This document shows positions 29,522 through 39,912 of a DNA stretch of 64,000 nucleotides, piece by piece (the first letter of the stretch is position 1; each line of letters starts with the position of its first letter). Under the pieces are notes generated by a model. The model made no database searches and was not told the origin of the DNA. It saw only the letters and a program-made list of their open reading frames with translations. The stretch lies in assembly GCA_963997635.1 (NCBI GenBank), contig CAXEND010000005.1, positions 74,232 to 138,231 of the forward strand, in the 5' to 3' direction. This stretch comes from an uncultured Rhodospirillaceae bacterium. Its GTDB lineage: Bacteria; Pseudomonadota; Alphaproteobacteria; UBA828. Made by a program: the position numbers and the translations under genes.

Positions 29522-30046
29522 CTATTGACGAGGGTCTGCAGTCTTATGAGTTGCCCATATCCCTTTCAGCTCTCTTCTTGCTATGACCTCTTCATCAAGG
29601 TACTCGTCTGTGGTCGCAATAGCAGCTGTAGCCCACCCATTTCTGACTAGAAATTTAGATAGATCAAGGCCATCTGCAAGGCAATATCCAGTAACTAATG
29701 ATTTTTTTACTGAAGTTTTTCTCTCACATTTTACATTTCTATTTTTTATTTGTGAGGCTAAATTATTTGTAGCTAGTTGCACGCAGGCTATTTTCTCCTT
29801 ACCTCTTTTACATTTAAGAAGAGGAGAAAGGGAATTTATACCATAAAGAACAACATACTGAGAATTTATTTCTAGTCCTATTCCGCCTATGGCAGAAGCT
29901 TGGCCCTCAATAACATCATTTTGTGGGGTCATATAGATTACTACCGCAACACCAAAAACTATCAGCAGTATCTTTTGACCACGGCTTCCTTTAAACCAGG
30001 TGTTCAGTTTTTTATAGTTCAAAAATTTCAAGAAAACTTTATGCAT
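29522..30046 (-). CDS. Secreted or membrane-anchored staphylococcal-nuclease (SNase)-like protein
   Basis: N-terminal hydrophobic segment (ILLIVFGVAVVIY). C-terminal ...VRNGWA...ARRELKGIWA resembles the thermonuclease-family C-terminus. Confidence 0.45.
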   Translation of the reverse strand: MHKVFLKFLNYKKLNTWFKGSRGQKILLIVFGVAVVIYMTPQNDVIEGQASAIGGIGLEINSQYVVLYGINSLSPLLKCKRGKEKIACVQLATNNLASQIKNRNVKCERKTSVKKSLVTGYCLADGLDLSKFLVRNGWATAAIATTDEYLDEEVIARRELKGIWATHKTADPRQ

Positions 30047-30180
30047 ATATATTCACTCATAAAAATTAATTTTTTACTCATGACTATGTCCTTTATAATG
30101 TTTATATACCTTGGGGCTAAAGATTTTAAGATAAATATTGAAAGTGATTTTTTTTCACTAAACTATTATTGTAAGTAGAA

Positions 30181-30639
30181 ATGGATAAAAAACTAAAAAG
30201 AATAGAGAATATCGTTGGTCACAGCGATGACCCGCAATTTGCAAAACGCTTAGAAAATTTATTCGAAGCTGACGCAATAGAATATATCATACTAAGACCT
30301 GTTGATACAGCACGTAGGAGGTTACGTGTTACTACTTCTAAGGGAAGAGACTGTGCAATTGCCTTACCTCGTAATATTAGTCTTCTTGATAGAAGCATCT
30401 TATTTATTGATGATACTTTAGCAATTATACTCAAAATTCAGGAACGAAAGTGGATTAGGCTTAGACCAAAAGATCAATCTGCTGCCCTAGAGCTAGGTTA
30501 CCATTGTGGTAATTTACATTGGAAGGTTGAGTTTGATCATCCTGATCTAAGAGTCGCCATAGATGAAGAGGAATCCACCTACTTGGCTAGAATTAATAAT
30601 TTCTTGGAAGATAAACGTGTCTATAAAATCGAAGAATAG
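30181..30639 (+). CDS. ureE: Urease accessory protein UreE
   Basis: 152 aa. LGYHCGNLHW matches the UreE GNRH-type motif. Located within a urease cluster. Confidence 0.75.
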   Translation: MDKKLKRIENIVGHSDDPQFAKRLENLFEADAIEYIILRPVDTARRRLRVTTSKGRDCAIALPRNISLLDRSILFIDDTLAIILKIQERKWIRLRPKDQSAALELGYHCGNLHWKVEFDHPDLRVAIDEEESTYLARINNFLEDKRVYKIEE

Positions 30640-31324
30640 TGAACTTGAAGCAACGTTAAGACTTCTTCAGTATGGAGACAGTTTTTTTCCTTCTGGTACA
30701 CTTGCATTCTCAAGCGGTTTAGAAACATTATCTATTCAGAAAAGAGTAACAAATACAGAAGAACTCAAAGCGTTTATTAAATCTCAATTATATGGTCGCT
30801 GGAATGGCTTAGACAGACCGTGTTTGACGGCAGCATTTAAAGCCTCTCAAGGTAAAAATAATATACGACGTCTTATCGAGATTGATAAAATTATGGACTG
30901 CAATACACTTCCTGCTGAGCTTCGGTCTGGCTCTATACTTGGGGGAAAAGCACTTCTAGGTGTACATAAGAATCTGGGTACACCGCATGTTTCTGACTAC
31001 CGTGAAATAATTAAAACTGGGGATGGTCTGGGTCATTTGCCCGTTGCCCAGGGTATCTGCTTTGCGGGTTGTGAAATGGATTATTTAGATTCTCAGATAG
31101 TTGGAATGCATACACTTGTAATTGGTTTATCTAGTGCAGCTATACGGTTAGGTATTATTGGTCATATAGATGCACAAAGATTAATTGAATTTCTAAGAGA
31201 GGATATTGCAAAAATTTTATCTACAGATACTGTAGAGCCTGAGGATTCATGGAGCTTTTCACCGATTTCTGATATCGCCGTAATGCAGCATGAAACTCAA
31301 GATACCCGGTTATTTACTAATTAA
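30617..31324 (+). CDS. ureF: Urease accessory protein UreF
   Basis: LRLLQYGDSFFPSGTLAFSSGLE matches the UreF signature. The ORF-track ATG at 30563 would overlap ureE by 77 bp; an in-frame GTG at 30617 is the more likely start. Confidence 0.7.
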   Translation: MSIKSKNSELEATLRLLQYGDSFFPSGTLAFSSGLETLSIQKRVTNTEELKAFIKSQLYGRWNGLDRPCLTAAFKASQGKNNIRRLIEIDKIMDCNTLPAELRSGSILGGKALLGVHKNLGTPHVSDYREIIKTGDGLGHLPVAQGICFAGCEMDYLDSQIVGMHTLVIGLSSAAIRLGIIGHIDAQRLIEFLREDIAKILSTDTVEPEDSWSFSPISDIAVMQHETQDTRLFTN

Positions 31325-31359
31325 TACAAAATAACTCCAAGTAAATAGGGGAGATAAAT

Positions 31360-32088
31360 ATGCTGTTAACGCCAACTGAAATGGAGCGTCTAGTAATTTA
31401 TACAGCTGCAGAGCTTGCCCGAAAAAGGCGGGCGAAGGGGTTATTACTAAATCACCCAGAGTCAGTAGCACTGATAAGTGATGAAATCTTAGAAGGAGCA
31501 AGAGAGGGAAGGAGTGTTGCAGAACTTATTTCTTTTGGTTCTACAATTCTGACAAGTGAAGATGTGATGCCAGGTGTGCCTAAAATGATGAATATGATCC
31601 AAGTTGAAGGCACTTTTCCTGATGGTACAAAATTAGTTACAATACATGAACCAATCCGTGAAAATCCGATACAGGAAAAAAGTAATGATGGAGTATCACA
31701 GGCAAATCCCTTGGATGAAGTCAGACCTGGTGAAATAATTCCTGCAAAAGGTGATGTTGAATTAAATGTTGGAAGGGAAAAGCGATCTGTGAACGTAACA
31801 AATACTGGCGATAGACCGATCCAAATTGGTAGCCATTATCATTTTTTTGAAGTGAATAAAGCCCTTGATTTTAACAGGGAAGCAAGCTTTGGAATGCATT
31901 TGGATATACCGGCTGGAACTGCTGTAAGATTTGAGCCAGGAGAAAGTAAAGAAGTCGATTTAGTTAGTTTTGGTGGTTCAGGAGAGCTTTTTGGGTTAAA
32001 TAATCTAACAAATGGTTCTCTAAATTCTGAAGAAATTAGGAAAAAAGCACTTGAATTAGCTCGTAAGCGCGGTTTTAAGGGGGCTTAG
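31360..32088 (+). CDS. ureAB: Urease gamma-beta fusion subunit (UreA-UreB fused)
   Basis: Residues 1-100 are gamma-like ([34 protein letters not shown]...). Residues ~130-240 are beta-like ([20 protein letters not shown]). Confidence 0.85.
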   Translation: MLLTPTEMERLVIYTAAELARKRRAKGLLLNHPESVALISDEILEGAREGRSVAELISFGSTILTSEDVMPGVPKMMNMIQVEGTFPDGTKLVTIHEPIRENPIQEKSNDGVSQANPLDEVRPGEIIPAKGDVELNVGREKRSVNVTNTGDRPIQIGSHYHFFEVNKALDFNREASFGMHLDIPAGTAVRFEPGESKEVDLVSFGGSGELFGLNNLTNGSLNSEEIRKKALELARKRGFKGA

Positions 32089-32092
32089 GAAT

Positions 32093-33805
32093 ATGGTGAA
32101 GATGAGTCGTGCCCACTATGCGGCATTGTATGGTCCAACAACAGGTGATTGTGTGCGATTGGGCGACACTTCTCTTTTAGCTGAGATAGAAAAAGATTAT
32201 GGAACCTATGGTGATGAGAGTTTACATGGTGGTGGCAAAACTTTAAGAGATGGGATTGGGTTGGTAGCTGGACTAGATAGTGCAGGAGGTTCCTTAGATA
32301 TGCTAATTTCCAACGCTGTGATTATTGACCCTGTTCATGGGGTGGTAAAAGGCGATATTGGAATTAAGGAGGGAGTAATTGCAGGGGTAGGAAAAGCAGG
32401 AAATCCAGCGATTATGGATGGAGTAGATCCAGATTTATTATGTGCAGCAGCAACTACAGTTCGTGACGCTGAGGGTCTTATTGCTACGCCAGGAGGTATT
32501 GATGTCCATGTACATTTTGATAGTGCACAATTATGTGAACATGCCCTTTCCTCGGGTCTAACAACTATGATAGGCGGTTCGCTTGGTCCAATAACAGTAG
32601 GAATAGACTGTGGTGGTGCCTGGAATGTTCAGCGAATGTTAGAGGCATCAGAAGAATGGCCTATAAACTTTGGTTTTCTGGGAAGAGGAAACTCTTCTAA
32701 ACCTCTATCGCTAATCGATCAGATAGAAGGTGGTGCATGTGGGCTTAAAATCCATGAAGATTGGGGTGCTATGCCTGCGGCAATCGATACTTGTTTAAGT
32801 GTAGCAGATGAGATGGATTTCCAGGTCCAGCTACACACAGATACTTTAAATGAAAGTGGTTTTGTAGAGGATACTCTTGCTGCAATTAATGGTCGTACCA
32901 TCCATATGTATCATGCTGAGGGTGCTGGTGGAGGACACGCTCCAGACATTATCAGCATCACAGGTCAGCCAAATTGCCTTCCTTCATCTACAAACCCAAC
33001 TAATCCATTTACACGAAATACTTTCGATGAACACCTAGATATGATTATGGTTTGCCATCATTTGAATCCTGCAGTCCCTGAGGACGTTGCTTTTGCAGAA
33101 AGTCGGATTAGAGCTGAGACTATAGCTGCCGAAGATGTTTTACATGACTTGGGTGCTATTTCAATGCTTGGGTCGGATAGCCAAGGGATGGGTCGGATTA
33201 ACGAGGTAATCTGCAGAACATGGCAACTTGCCTCAAAAATGCGTAATCAGCGAGGTAGATTGGATGAAGAAAAAACTGAATTAGGCGATAACGAAAGGAT
33301 CAAAAGATATATTTCTAAATATACTATAAATGCAGCCAGAACTTTTGGAATGGATGATTGGATTGGTAGCTTAGAAAAAGGAAAACTAGCAGACATTGTA
33401 TTATGGAAACCCGAATTTTTTGGTATCAAGCCTGAGCTCATCATAAAAGGGGGTTTTATTGTATGGGCGGCGATGGGTGACTCAGCAGCATCATTAATGA
33501 CCTGTGAACCATTGGCAATGCGTCCGCAATGGGGAGCATTTGGTAGGGCTAAACAAGGGTTATCAATATCATTTGTATCACAGGCGGCTGTTGATTCAGG
33601 TTTGCGTGACAAGCTTAGCCTTAGTAAACGAATTGAGGCTGTTAAGGGTACAAGAACGCTTAGCAAAAAGAATATGTTGTATAATGAAGCTTGTCCTGAG
33701 GTCAGAGTAAATCCAGAGACATTTGAAGTTTTTGTGGATGGAGAACTGGCTACTTGTCAACCAGCGGATAATCTTCCTTTAGCTCAACGTTATATGCTTA
33801 GATGA
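32093..33805 (+). CDS. ureC: Urease alpha subunit
   Basis: 570 aa. Nickel-centre motifs HVHFDSAQ and MVCHHLNP, and [10 protein letters not shown] start at 32102 ([16 protein letters not shown]) is also possible. Confidence 0.9.
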   Translation: MVKMSRAHYAALYGPTTGDCVRLGDTSLLAEIEKDYGTYGDESLHGGGKTLRDGIGLVAGLDSAGGSLDMLISNAVIIDPVHGVVKGDIGIKEGVIAGVGKAGNPAIMDGVDPDLLCAAATTVRDAEGLIATPGGIDVHVHFDSAQLCEHALSSGLTTMIGGSLGPITVGIDCGGAWNVQRMLEASEEWPINFGFLGRGNSSKPLSLIDQIEGGACGLKIHEDWGAMPAAIDTCLSVADEMDFQVQLHTDTLNESGFVEDTLAAINGRTIHMYHAEGAGGGHAPDIISITGQPNCLPSSTNPTNPFTRNTFDEHLDMIMVCHHLNPAVPEDVAFAESRIRAETIAAEDVLHDLGAISMLGSDSQGMGRINEVICRTWQLASKMRNQRGRLDEEKTELGDNERIKRYISKYTINAARTFGMDDWIGSLEKGKLADIVLWKPEFFGIKPELIIKGGFIVWAAMGDSAASLMTCEPLAMRPQWGAFGRAKQGLSISFVSQAAVDSGLRDKLSLSKRIEAVKGTRTLSKKNMLYNEACPEVRVNPETFEVFVDGELATCQPADNLPLAQRYMLR

Positions 33806-33879
33806 GGCTCTTGATTAGATCTGAGATGAGTTTTCTATGTTTTTTTACTTATATTATAGAAGTCAAATTTATATAGGAG

Positions 33880-34524
33880 GTGAGTAAATTGACTTTTTCT
33901 CGGGAGTCAAGTCCTGGGCCAGCTAGGATAGGTATAGGTGGCCCTGTTGGTTCAGGTAAAACTGCATTAATTGAGTCATTAATTCCAAAATTCCTAAATT
34001 CAGGCATTGAGGTAGGAATTGTTACTAATGATTTAGTAACCCGTGAAGATGCTAATCGACTTAAAGCTGGTGGTTTAGTAGAGCCTGATCATATCATTGG
34101 AGTGGAGTGTGGAGCTTGTCCTCATACTGTCATTCGGGAGGATCCAACCTTAAATATTGAAGCAGTTGATATTTTAGAACAAAAATTTCCATCTTTGAGT
34201 TTAGTTATATTAGAGTCTGGTGGGGATAATCTTGCTTCTACATTTTCACTTGACCTAGTCGATTGGTGGATGTTTGTAATTGATGTAGGTGCTGGAAATG
34301 ATATACCAAGGAAAAGAGGGCCAGGTGTCTTGCAATGTGACCTCCTAGTAATAAACAAGGTTGATATTGCTCCACATGTCGGGGTAGACCTAGAAACCTT
34401 GAAAGAAGAGGCAGAAGAGATCCGCGGTTCATCTCCTGTAGCCTACACAAATTGTCGCTCCGGGGAAGGAATAGAAGATGTGCTTAATGCCATCAGGCGT
34501 CATGCATTATTGGAGGATACGTGA
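33880..34524 (+). CDS. ureG: Urease accessory GTPase UreG
   Basis: [12 protein letters not shown]-loop, ESGGDNL and VINKVDIA motifs. GTG start with AGGAGG upstream. Confidence 0.9.
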   Translation: MSKLTFSRESSPGPARIGIGGPVGSGKTALIESLIPKFLNSGIEVGIVTNDLVTREDANRLKAGGLVEPDHIIGVECGACPHTVIREDPTLNIEAVDILEQKFPSLSLVILESGGDNLASTFSLDLVDWWMFVIDVGAGNDIPRKRGPGVLQCDLLVINKVDIAPHVGVDLETLKEEAEEIRGSSPVAYTNCRSGEGIEDVLNAIRRHALLEDT

Positions 34525-35411
34525 GAGTTACCTCTCCTGCAGCTTCGTTGCGAGGAGCTGATGGTTGGCAGAAGGCAGAGCTAAACTTCAACAAAAGTTC
34601 TGATGGGCAAACTCGACTCGCACATCAATTTGTTCAATATCCATTCCATATAACAAAACCAGTTCATCTAGATGTCTCTTGGCCTGAACTTGCAACACTA
34701 ATTCTACAATCTACTTCTGGTGGAATTTATCATGATGATCGTTTAAAATTATCTATGCACTTTGGTGAGGATTCTTGCACTCACGTTACAAGTCAGTCAG
34801 CTACAAAAGTACATAGTATGGAGGGTGATGACTCTGCAACATTTTCTATTTCTATAAAGGTTCAAAAAAATGCTTACGCAGAATTTATTAATGATGCTCT
34901 GATTTTGTTTCCAGAATCACGACTTGAAAGTAATTTAGATATATCAATTGCCAGAGGAGGCACACTTGTAATTACTGACTCTGCTTTATGGCATGAGCCC
35001 AGAGATACTTTTAACAAATCTAAAGAGATTCATCCTTCTTTTAGTTCATTTCGGCAAACGATTAATATTAAAGATTTAGATAGTTCAAACTTGATGGTAA
35101 GAGATTCTCAGTGGAGTGGTTTAGATTCCTCAGCAGGATTATCCGCATGGAATAAATATAGAGTTCAAGGATCTATCTATATTATTTCACCGGGATGTGA
35201 CCTTGACCAACTTGCTAACACATGCAGGGGGGAGTTGGGGTTATTCAATGGTATATACGGTGGAGTCTCTATTTTGCCTTCTGAAATTGGGGTTGTAGTT
35301 AGAATTTTAGGTTCAGATGGTGGGAGTGTTAGGACAGCATTGGAGAGCCAATGGTTGAGAGCACGTCTCTTCCTCGTAGGCCGTGAAAATACTTTGCGGT
35401 GGAGAAAATAA
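34521..35411 (+). CDS. ureD: Urease accessory protein UreD/UreH
   Basis: 296 aa with a UreD-like N-terminus ([33 protein letters not shown]). GTG start overlapping the ureG stop. Confidence 0.65.
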   Translation: MRVTSPAASLRGADGWQKAELNFNKSSDGQTRLAHQFVQYPFHITKPVHLDVSWPELATLILQSTSGGIYHDDRLKLSMHFGEDSCTHVTSQSATKVHSMEGDDSATFSISIKVQKNAYAEFINDALILFPESRLESNLDISIARGGTLVITDSALWHEPRDTFNKSKEIHPSFSSFRQTINIKDLDSSNLMVRDSQWSGLDSSAGLSAWNKYRVQGSIYIISPGCDLDQLANTCRGELGLFNGIYGGVSILPSEIGVVVRILGSDGGSVRTALESQWLRARLFLVGRENTLRWRK

Positions 35412-35419
35412 GTTTAATT

Positions 35420-36064
35420 TTATCTTTTAATTACCTCAGTTATCTGACCCTCCAATATAACCCCTTCCCTTATTATTTTTGGTTTTGATGATGTTAAGTC
35501 GACGACAGTTGATGGTGTTAAGTTTTTTGAAACGCCCGCGTCAAGAATCAAATCTATATTTGAACCAAAAGCTCTAAATATTTCCTCAGCACTTTGTGCG
35601 GGCTTCTTACTATCTAAATTAGCACTTGGTGCAGTAATAGGAAGAGAGATTTTGTCTATTAGTTCAAGAGTTCTAGCTCTATCAGGAATCCTAATAGCAA
35701 TCGTATCAGACACTGGGTTTATTTCTTTAACTACCATACAACTATTTTGACGTGGCAGTATAAGTGTTAATGGTCCAGGCCAAAATTTTTCGGCAATTAT
35801 CTTTGCTTGCCAACTAAATATTGCAACTTTTGATGCGACCTCAAAATTATCGACTAAAATTAGAAGTGGTTTATTTTCGCCACGAGACTTAATTCTGAAT
35901 ATTTTGGTTACAGAATTTGAATTAGTTGCATCAGCAACTAGCCCATAAAGAGTATCAGTCAGGCATGCTATTATTCCACCTTGGCGAACTATCTCTGCTG
36001 CAAGTGAGATATTGTTTGTTGTTTCAGGAAAAATGTTTAATTTTGATAAATTATTTTTTTTCAT
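35420..36064 (-). CDS. tsaC: L-threonylcarbamoyladenylate synthase (TsaC/YrdC family)
   Basis: CLTDTLYGLVADATN and KIFRIKSRGENKPLLILV motifs. The start is adjusted to the ATG at 36064 (MKKNNLSK...), giving a 14-bp overlap with the upstream gene. Confidence 0.75.
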   Translation of the reverse strand: MKKNNLSKLNIFPETTNNISLAAEIVRQGGIIACLTDTLYGLVADATNSNSVTKIFRIKSRGENKPLLILVDNFEVASKVAIFSWQAKIIAEKFWPGPLTLILPRQNSCMVVKEINPVSDTIAIRIPDRARTLELIDKISLPITAPSANLDSKKPAQSAEEIFRAFGSNIDLILDAGVSKNLTPSTVVDLTSSKPKIIREGVILEGQITEVIKR

Positions 36065-36851
36065 TAGTGGCTCCACAAGCGATAAAATGTGGATTTTTAT
36101 AACCGGGCTTACCATAAATCAGGGGTTTGTTATTTGGTTGAAATAATGACCCACCAGCTGCTTCCAAAATTGCGTGACCAGCTGCTGTGTCCCATTCCAT
36201 GGTTGGTCCAAATCTTGGGTATATGTCAGCATTTCCACTAGCTAATAGAGCAAACTTCAGAGCGCTGCCTGCTGTTATAATGGAACTGGGTTTGAGATCA
36301 TTTATCCACCTTTGTGTTTCATCATTAATATGAGATCTGCTAGCTAAAATTACTGGGCCAGAACTTGGAGCTGATCTAACTGAAATTGGGCAAGGCTTAG
36401 CATTGTCTAACCAGCTTGCTGCTCCAACTCCAACTTCTCCCACGTAGCAAATACGTTTCACAGGTAAATATAATACTCCTATCCAAGGCTTGCCATTTTT
36501 AATAAGACCTATATTCACTGTAAATTCATCATTCTTATTAATAAATTCTTTAGTCCCGTCTAACGGGTCTACAAGCCAAAAAATTTTATTTTCTAGGTTA
36601 ATTTCTTTGGGTTGGTAGATATTCTCCACACTTTCTTCTGATATAATTGGTATTTTAGGAAAATATTTATTAAGTCCATTAGTAATTATTTTGTCAGCGG
36701 CTCGATCTGCTAATGTAATTGGTGATTTGTCAGGCTTTTGGTGAAATTCAATATTATTTGAATAGAATTTCATAATTTCTTTACCGGCTTTTAAAGCGAG
36801 TATGCGAGCTTTGAGTATATAGTCTGAAAGTTTTTCTTCAGTGTTCATCAT
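36051..36851 (-). CDS. Inositol-monophosphatase-family protein / 3'(2'),5'-bisphosphate nucleotidase (CysQ-like)
   Basis: WLVDPLDGTKEFI and WDTAAGHAIL motifs. Confidence 0.75.
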   Translation of the reverse strand: MMNTEEKLSDYILKARILALKAGKEIMKFYSNNIEFHQKPDKSPITLADRAADKIITNGLNKYFPKIPIISEESVENIYQPKEINLENKIFWLVDPLDGTKEFINKNDEFTVNIGLIKNGKPWIGVLYLPVKRICYVGEVGVGAASWLDNAKPCPISVRSAPSSGPVILASRSHINDETQRWINDLKPSSIITAGSALKFALLASGNADIYPRFGPTMEWDTAAGHAILEAAGGSLFQPNNKPLIYGKPGYKNPHFIACGATNEKK

Positions 36852-36939
36852 TAATCTAAATATTTTTTATCATGAAAATTAAATACTAAATAAGTCGTCT
36901 AATTGTTTAAGTAATATAAATAAAGCAATTCATAATTTT

Positions 36940-37179
36940 TTATTTATCCTTGTTTTCTTCCTTTATAATTATTGATAATTGTTTGAGCATTTCAACTGTA
37001 CGATCTGGTCCTACATTATTTTTTAACCAACCTACAGCGCAGACGCAAATTGCAGAGTGTAATCCAATTTGATCCATTCCATCCTCATTTGCACGTCTTG
37101 CAATTTCTTCAAGTGTTTGTTCTGCAAAGTTTTGAATTTTGATGGCCTCTTCTGTTCCAAATTGTAATTTTTCATTCAT
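36940..37179 (-). CDS. Small hypothetical protein (79 aa)
   Basis: ORF in operon context between the pdxA-family and cysQ-like genes. AICVCAVGW segment. No family recognised. Confidence 0.35.
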   Translation of the reverse strand: MNEKLQFGTEEAIKIQNFAEQTLEEIARRANEDGMDQIGLHSAICVCAVGWLKNNVGPDRTVEMLKQLSIIIKEENKDK

Positions 37180-37221
37180 CTGAATTTTCCTTAGAAAAGA
37201 TACTAAACATAGGAGTTATTT

Positions 37222-38226
37222 TTAGTATGCTCGATTTCTTGCCATGTAAGCGGCTTCTTTTATAGAGGCAATGAGACTAGAAGGGTTAGCGATTCCTTTG
37301 CCTGCAATATCAAATGCAGTTCCATGATCTGGCGAGGTGCGGATAAAAGGTAGTCCTAGTGTAATATTTATACCACCCATAAAATCAAGGGTCTTTAAGG
37401 GAATTAAAGCTTGATCATGATACATACATATAGCCACATCATATTTGTCTCTTATGTCTTTATGAAACAATGTGTCGGCTGGATAGGGACCAGTAACTTG
37501 AATGCCAGAATTCTTTAGTACCTCAATTGCAGGACGTATTATTATCTCTTCTTCTATCCCTAATTCTTGATTTTCCCCTGCATGTGGATTCAGTCCAGCA
37601 ACAATCAGTTTAGGACTTTTAATGCCAAAGTCTTTCCTCAATCCTGACTCAGTAATCTCACATTTTTTAATTATGCAATCAGAGGTTAAAGTACCTGGGA
37701 CTTCTGATAATGGAATATGAATGGTAATGGGAACCACCCTAAGATATTCGCAACTTAACATCATTACTGGTACAGGTTGTTTTTCCCCTTTAACAAGAGA
37801 AGCTAAGAATTCTGTTTGTCCAGGATACTTGAATTTTGCCTCGTAGAGTACGGATTTAGATACAGGATTAGTTACAATGGCTGCTGCACTTCCATTATAA
37901 GCAAAGGAAACGGCTCTAGTTATAGAGGTTATGATAGATGTTGTATTATCATGCTTGGGTTGACCAGGAGCAACTGCTGATCTGAGATCCTGATGAATTA
38001 CAGGAAGTGCATTTTGAAAATGATTTGGAGCTTCTTCAGGATTATCTATTTCTTTGACTGGGACCTCTAGACTCAAACTTTTGGCAAGATCATATAGGCG
38101 TTTACAATCGTCAATTACAAAAAAGGTTGGTGTATTCTCTCTTGATAGCCAAGTCTTAAGGGAAAGCTCGCCACCTATTCCTGCGGGTTCCCCCATCGTT
38201 ACTGCTATTGGTGGAATATCTGTCAA
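37222..38226 (-). CDS. PdxA-family NAD-dependent dehydrogenase/decarboxylase (4-hydroxythreonine-4-phosphate dehydrogenase or PdxA2-like)
   Basis: GEPAGIGGEL N-terminus. LNPHAGENQELG metal-site motif. 334 aa. 4-bp overlap with the upstream FAD-oxidase gene. Confidence 0.7.
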   Translation of the reverse strand: MTDIPPIAVTMGEPAGIGGELSLKTWLSRENTPTFFVIDDCKRLYDLAKSLSLEVPVKEIDNPEEAPNHFQNALPVIHQDLRSAVAPGQPKHDNTTSIITSITRAVSFAYNGSAAAIVTNPVSKSVLYEAKFKYPGQTEFLASLVKGEKQPVPVMMLSCEYLRVVPITIHIPLSEVPGTLTSDCIIKKCEITESGLRKDFGIKSPKLIVAGLNPHAGENQELGIEEEIIIRPAIEVLKNSGIQVTGPYPADTLFHKDIRDKYDVAICMYHDQALIPLKTLDFMGGINITLGLPFIRTSPDHGTAFDIAGKGIANPSSLIASIKEAAYMARNRAY

Positions 38227-39827
38227 GGTAATGAACTTTCTTTGTCAAGAGGTATAATGACTCCTGGATTAAGTCTTGATTCTGGGTCTAGGTAATTTTT
38301 TACAGCTTTAAGTGAACCTCCAAAAAGTTGTGGTCGTTGTCTTTCATACCATGGCATATGATCCCGACCAACAGCATGATGGTGTGTGATTGTTCCTCCC
38401 GCACTTAGCAATGCATCACCTACAGCAGTTTTAATTTCTCTCCATTGCTCTAGTTCTTGACCAGGTTTTGTCTCTGCATGAAAAGTAAAGTATGGGGCAG
38501 TTCCGTCTGTATATGCATGCGTAAACCTACAGGTAACATGTCCAGGTTTGCCGGTGACTTCTTTAATAACTTGTTCGGTTACTAGCTTAATATTTTCATG
38601 GAAATCACTTAGTTTATCCCAAGTAATGCTTGTTTCAAATGTGTCATGCATTATTCCGTATGAAATTAATCCTTCTCTTTTGAAAGGTGCAGAAATAAAT
38701 GCATTACGCCAAATATCAGCGGTTTTATCTCGCTCACCTGCAATACCAAAAACTCCACCATGATCTTCCATACATTCCAATGCCTTATTCATAAGGGTAT
38801 CAACAGGTTGCTCTGAATTTTCAAAGCCAATGACAACCATATGATAATCTCCCTTATTTACACCCGCTAAACGGCATTCTTCAGAATCAACAAAACGAGC
38901 ATTGCTAGGCCACAATCCAGCCTGCAAAAGAGAACGTATGGATTGTCCTGCTGCCTCAATATTTTTAAACCTTACCACAGCTGACTTTCTAAACTCTGGT
39001 TTTGAGTGTACGCGCATCCATGCTTCTGTAATAAGTCCTAACGACCCCTCGGATCCAATAATTAGACGATCTGGGCTAGGTCCTGCTCCTGAACCTGGAA
39101 GTCGTCTACTTTCCATAACTCCTTTAGGGGTTACAGTAACAAGCGATTCAACTAATTCATCTATATGTGGATAAAGAGTTGCGAAATGTCCGCCTGAACG
39201 CGTAGCAATCCATCCACCCAAGGTAGAAAATTCAAAGCTTTGAGGGAAGTGTCGAAGTGTTAGACCACTTTTCTTAAGGCCTGCCTCGAGTTGAGGTCCC
39301 AAAGCACCTGCCTGTATGCGTGCGGCTCTACTAGTTTTGTCAATTTCTAGAACCTGATTCATTTTTCGCATGTCAATTGTAATCACAGACGAGAATTTAT
39401 CTCCAACCCTTGGTTCTATTCCGCCAACCACAGATGATCCACATCCAAAGGGAATTATAGCAGCATTTATTTCTGATCCCCATTCAAGGAGTTCGAGAAT
39501 ATTCTCATTTGTTTCTGGAAAGCAAACACTATCAGGACAGCATGAAAAATCTTTTGCAAAAGCTCTGATATAATCTGGATAAGATTTACCGTATGTATGA
39601 GATGCTCTATCATAATCTGTTTGACTTACTAGATGAGACAAACGGTTCGGTACTGATGAGCGAGGTTTTGGCAAATTAATTTCAGATAGACTTGGTGGTG
39701 AGAGGTAAGAGTTTGGTTGTAGCCCGGTAAGTTTATTCAGGCGCTTAACTATCATTAAGGAATCATCTTCTGTTAATGTTTGGTCTTCATAACCCCAACC
39801 CCAAAATTTTAATCGCCTTTGAGTCAT
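38223..39827 (-). CDS. FAD-linked oxidase (GlcD / D-2-hydroxyacid dehydrogenase / alkyl-DHAP-synthase-like PCMH-type FAD-binding protein)
   Basis: 534 aa. N-terminal FAD-binding-4-like region (IIPFGCGSSVVGG) and a C-terminal FAD-oxidase domain. Confidence 0.65.
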   Translation of the reverse strand: MTQRRLKFWGWGYEDQTLTEDDSLMIVKRLNKLTGLQPNSYLSPPSLSEINLPKPRSSVPNRLSHLVSQTDYDRASHTYGKSYPDYIRAFAKDFSCCPDSVCFPETNENILELLEWGSEINAAIIPFGCGSSVVGGIEPRVGDKFSSVITIDMRKMNQVLEIDKTSRAARIQAGALGPQLEAGLKKSGLTLRHFPQSFEFSTLGGWIATRSGGHFATLYPHIDELVESLVTVTPKGVMESRRLPGSGAGPSPDRLIIGSEGSLGLITEAWMRVHSKPEFRKSAVVRFKNIEAAGQSIRSLLQAGLWPSNARFVDSEECRLAGVNKGDYHMVVIGFENSEQPVDTLMNKALECMEDHGGVFGIAGERDKTADIWRNAFISAPFKREGLISYGIMHDTFETSITWDKLSDFHENIKLVTEQVIKEVTGKPGHVTCRFTHAYTDGTAPYFTFHAETKPGQELEQWREIKTAVGDALLSAGGTITHHHAVGRDHMPWYERQRPQLFGGSLKAVKNYLDPESRLNPGVIIPLDKESSLP

Positions 39828-39912
39828 AATTATTCCTTATTCCTACATTTGTTTTAAGCTATTTAAGGGTTACTTGATATAAACTAATAATATTTTATAT
39901 CATTATTTTTGT

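Noticed and set aside
29522-30046. SNase-like nuclease next to OsmC as a candidate toxin or defence module
   Set aside because: There is no partner immunity, antitoxin or sensor gene. A signal/anchor sequence suggests an extracellular nutrient-scavenging nuclease, so there is insufficient support for a defence system.
30563-30639. 77-bp out-of-frame overlap between ureE and the ATG-initiated ureF ORF
   Set aside because: This is more parsimoniously explained by ureF initiating at the in-frame GTG (30617) near the ureE stop. The ORF-track ATG is probably an upstream over-extension.
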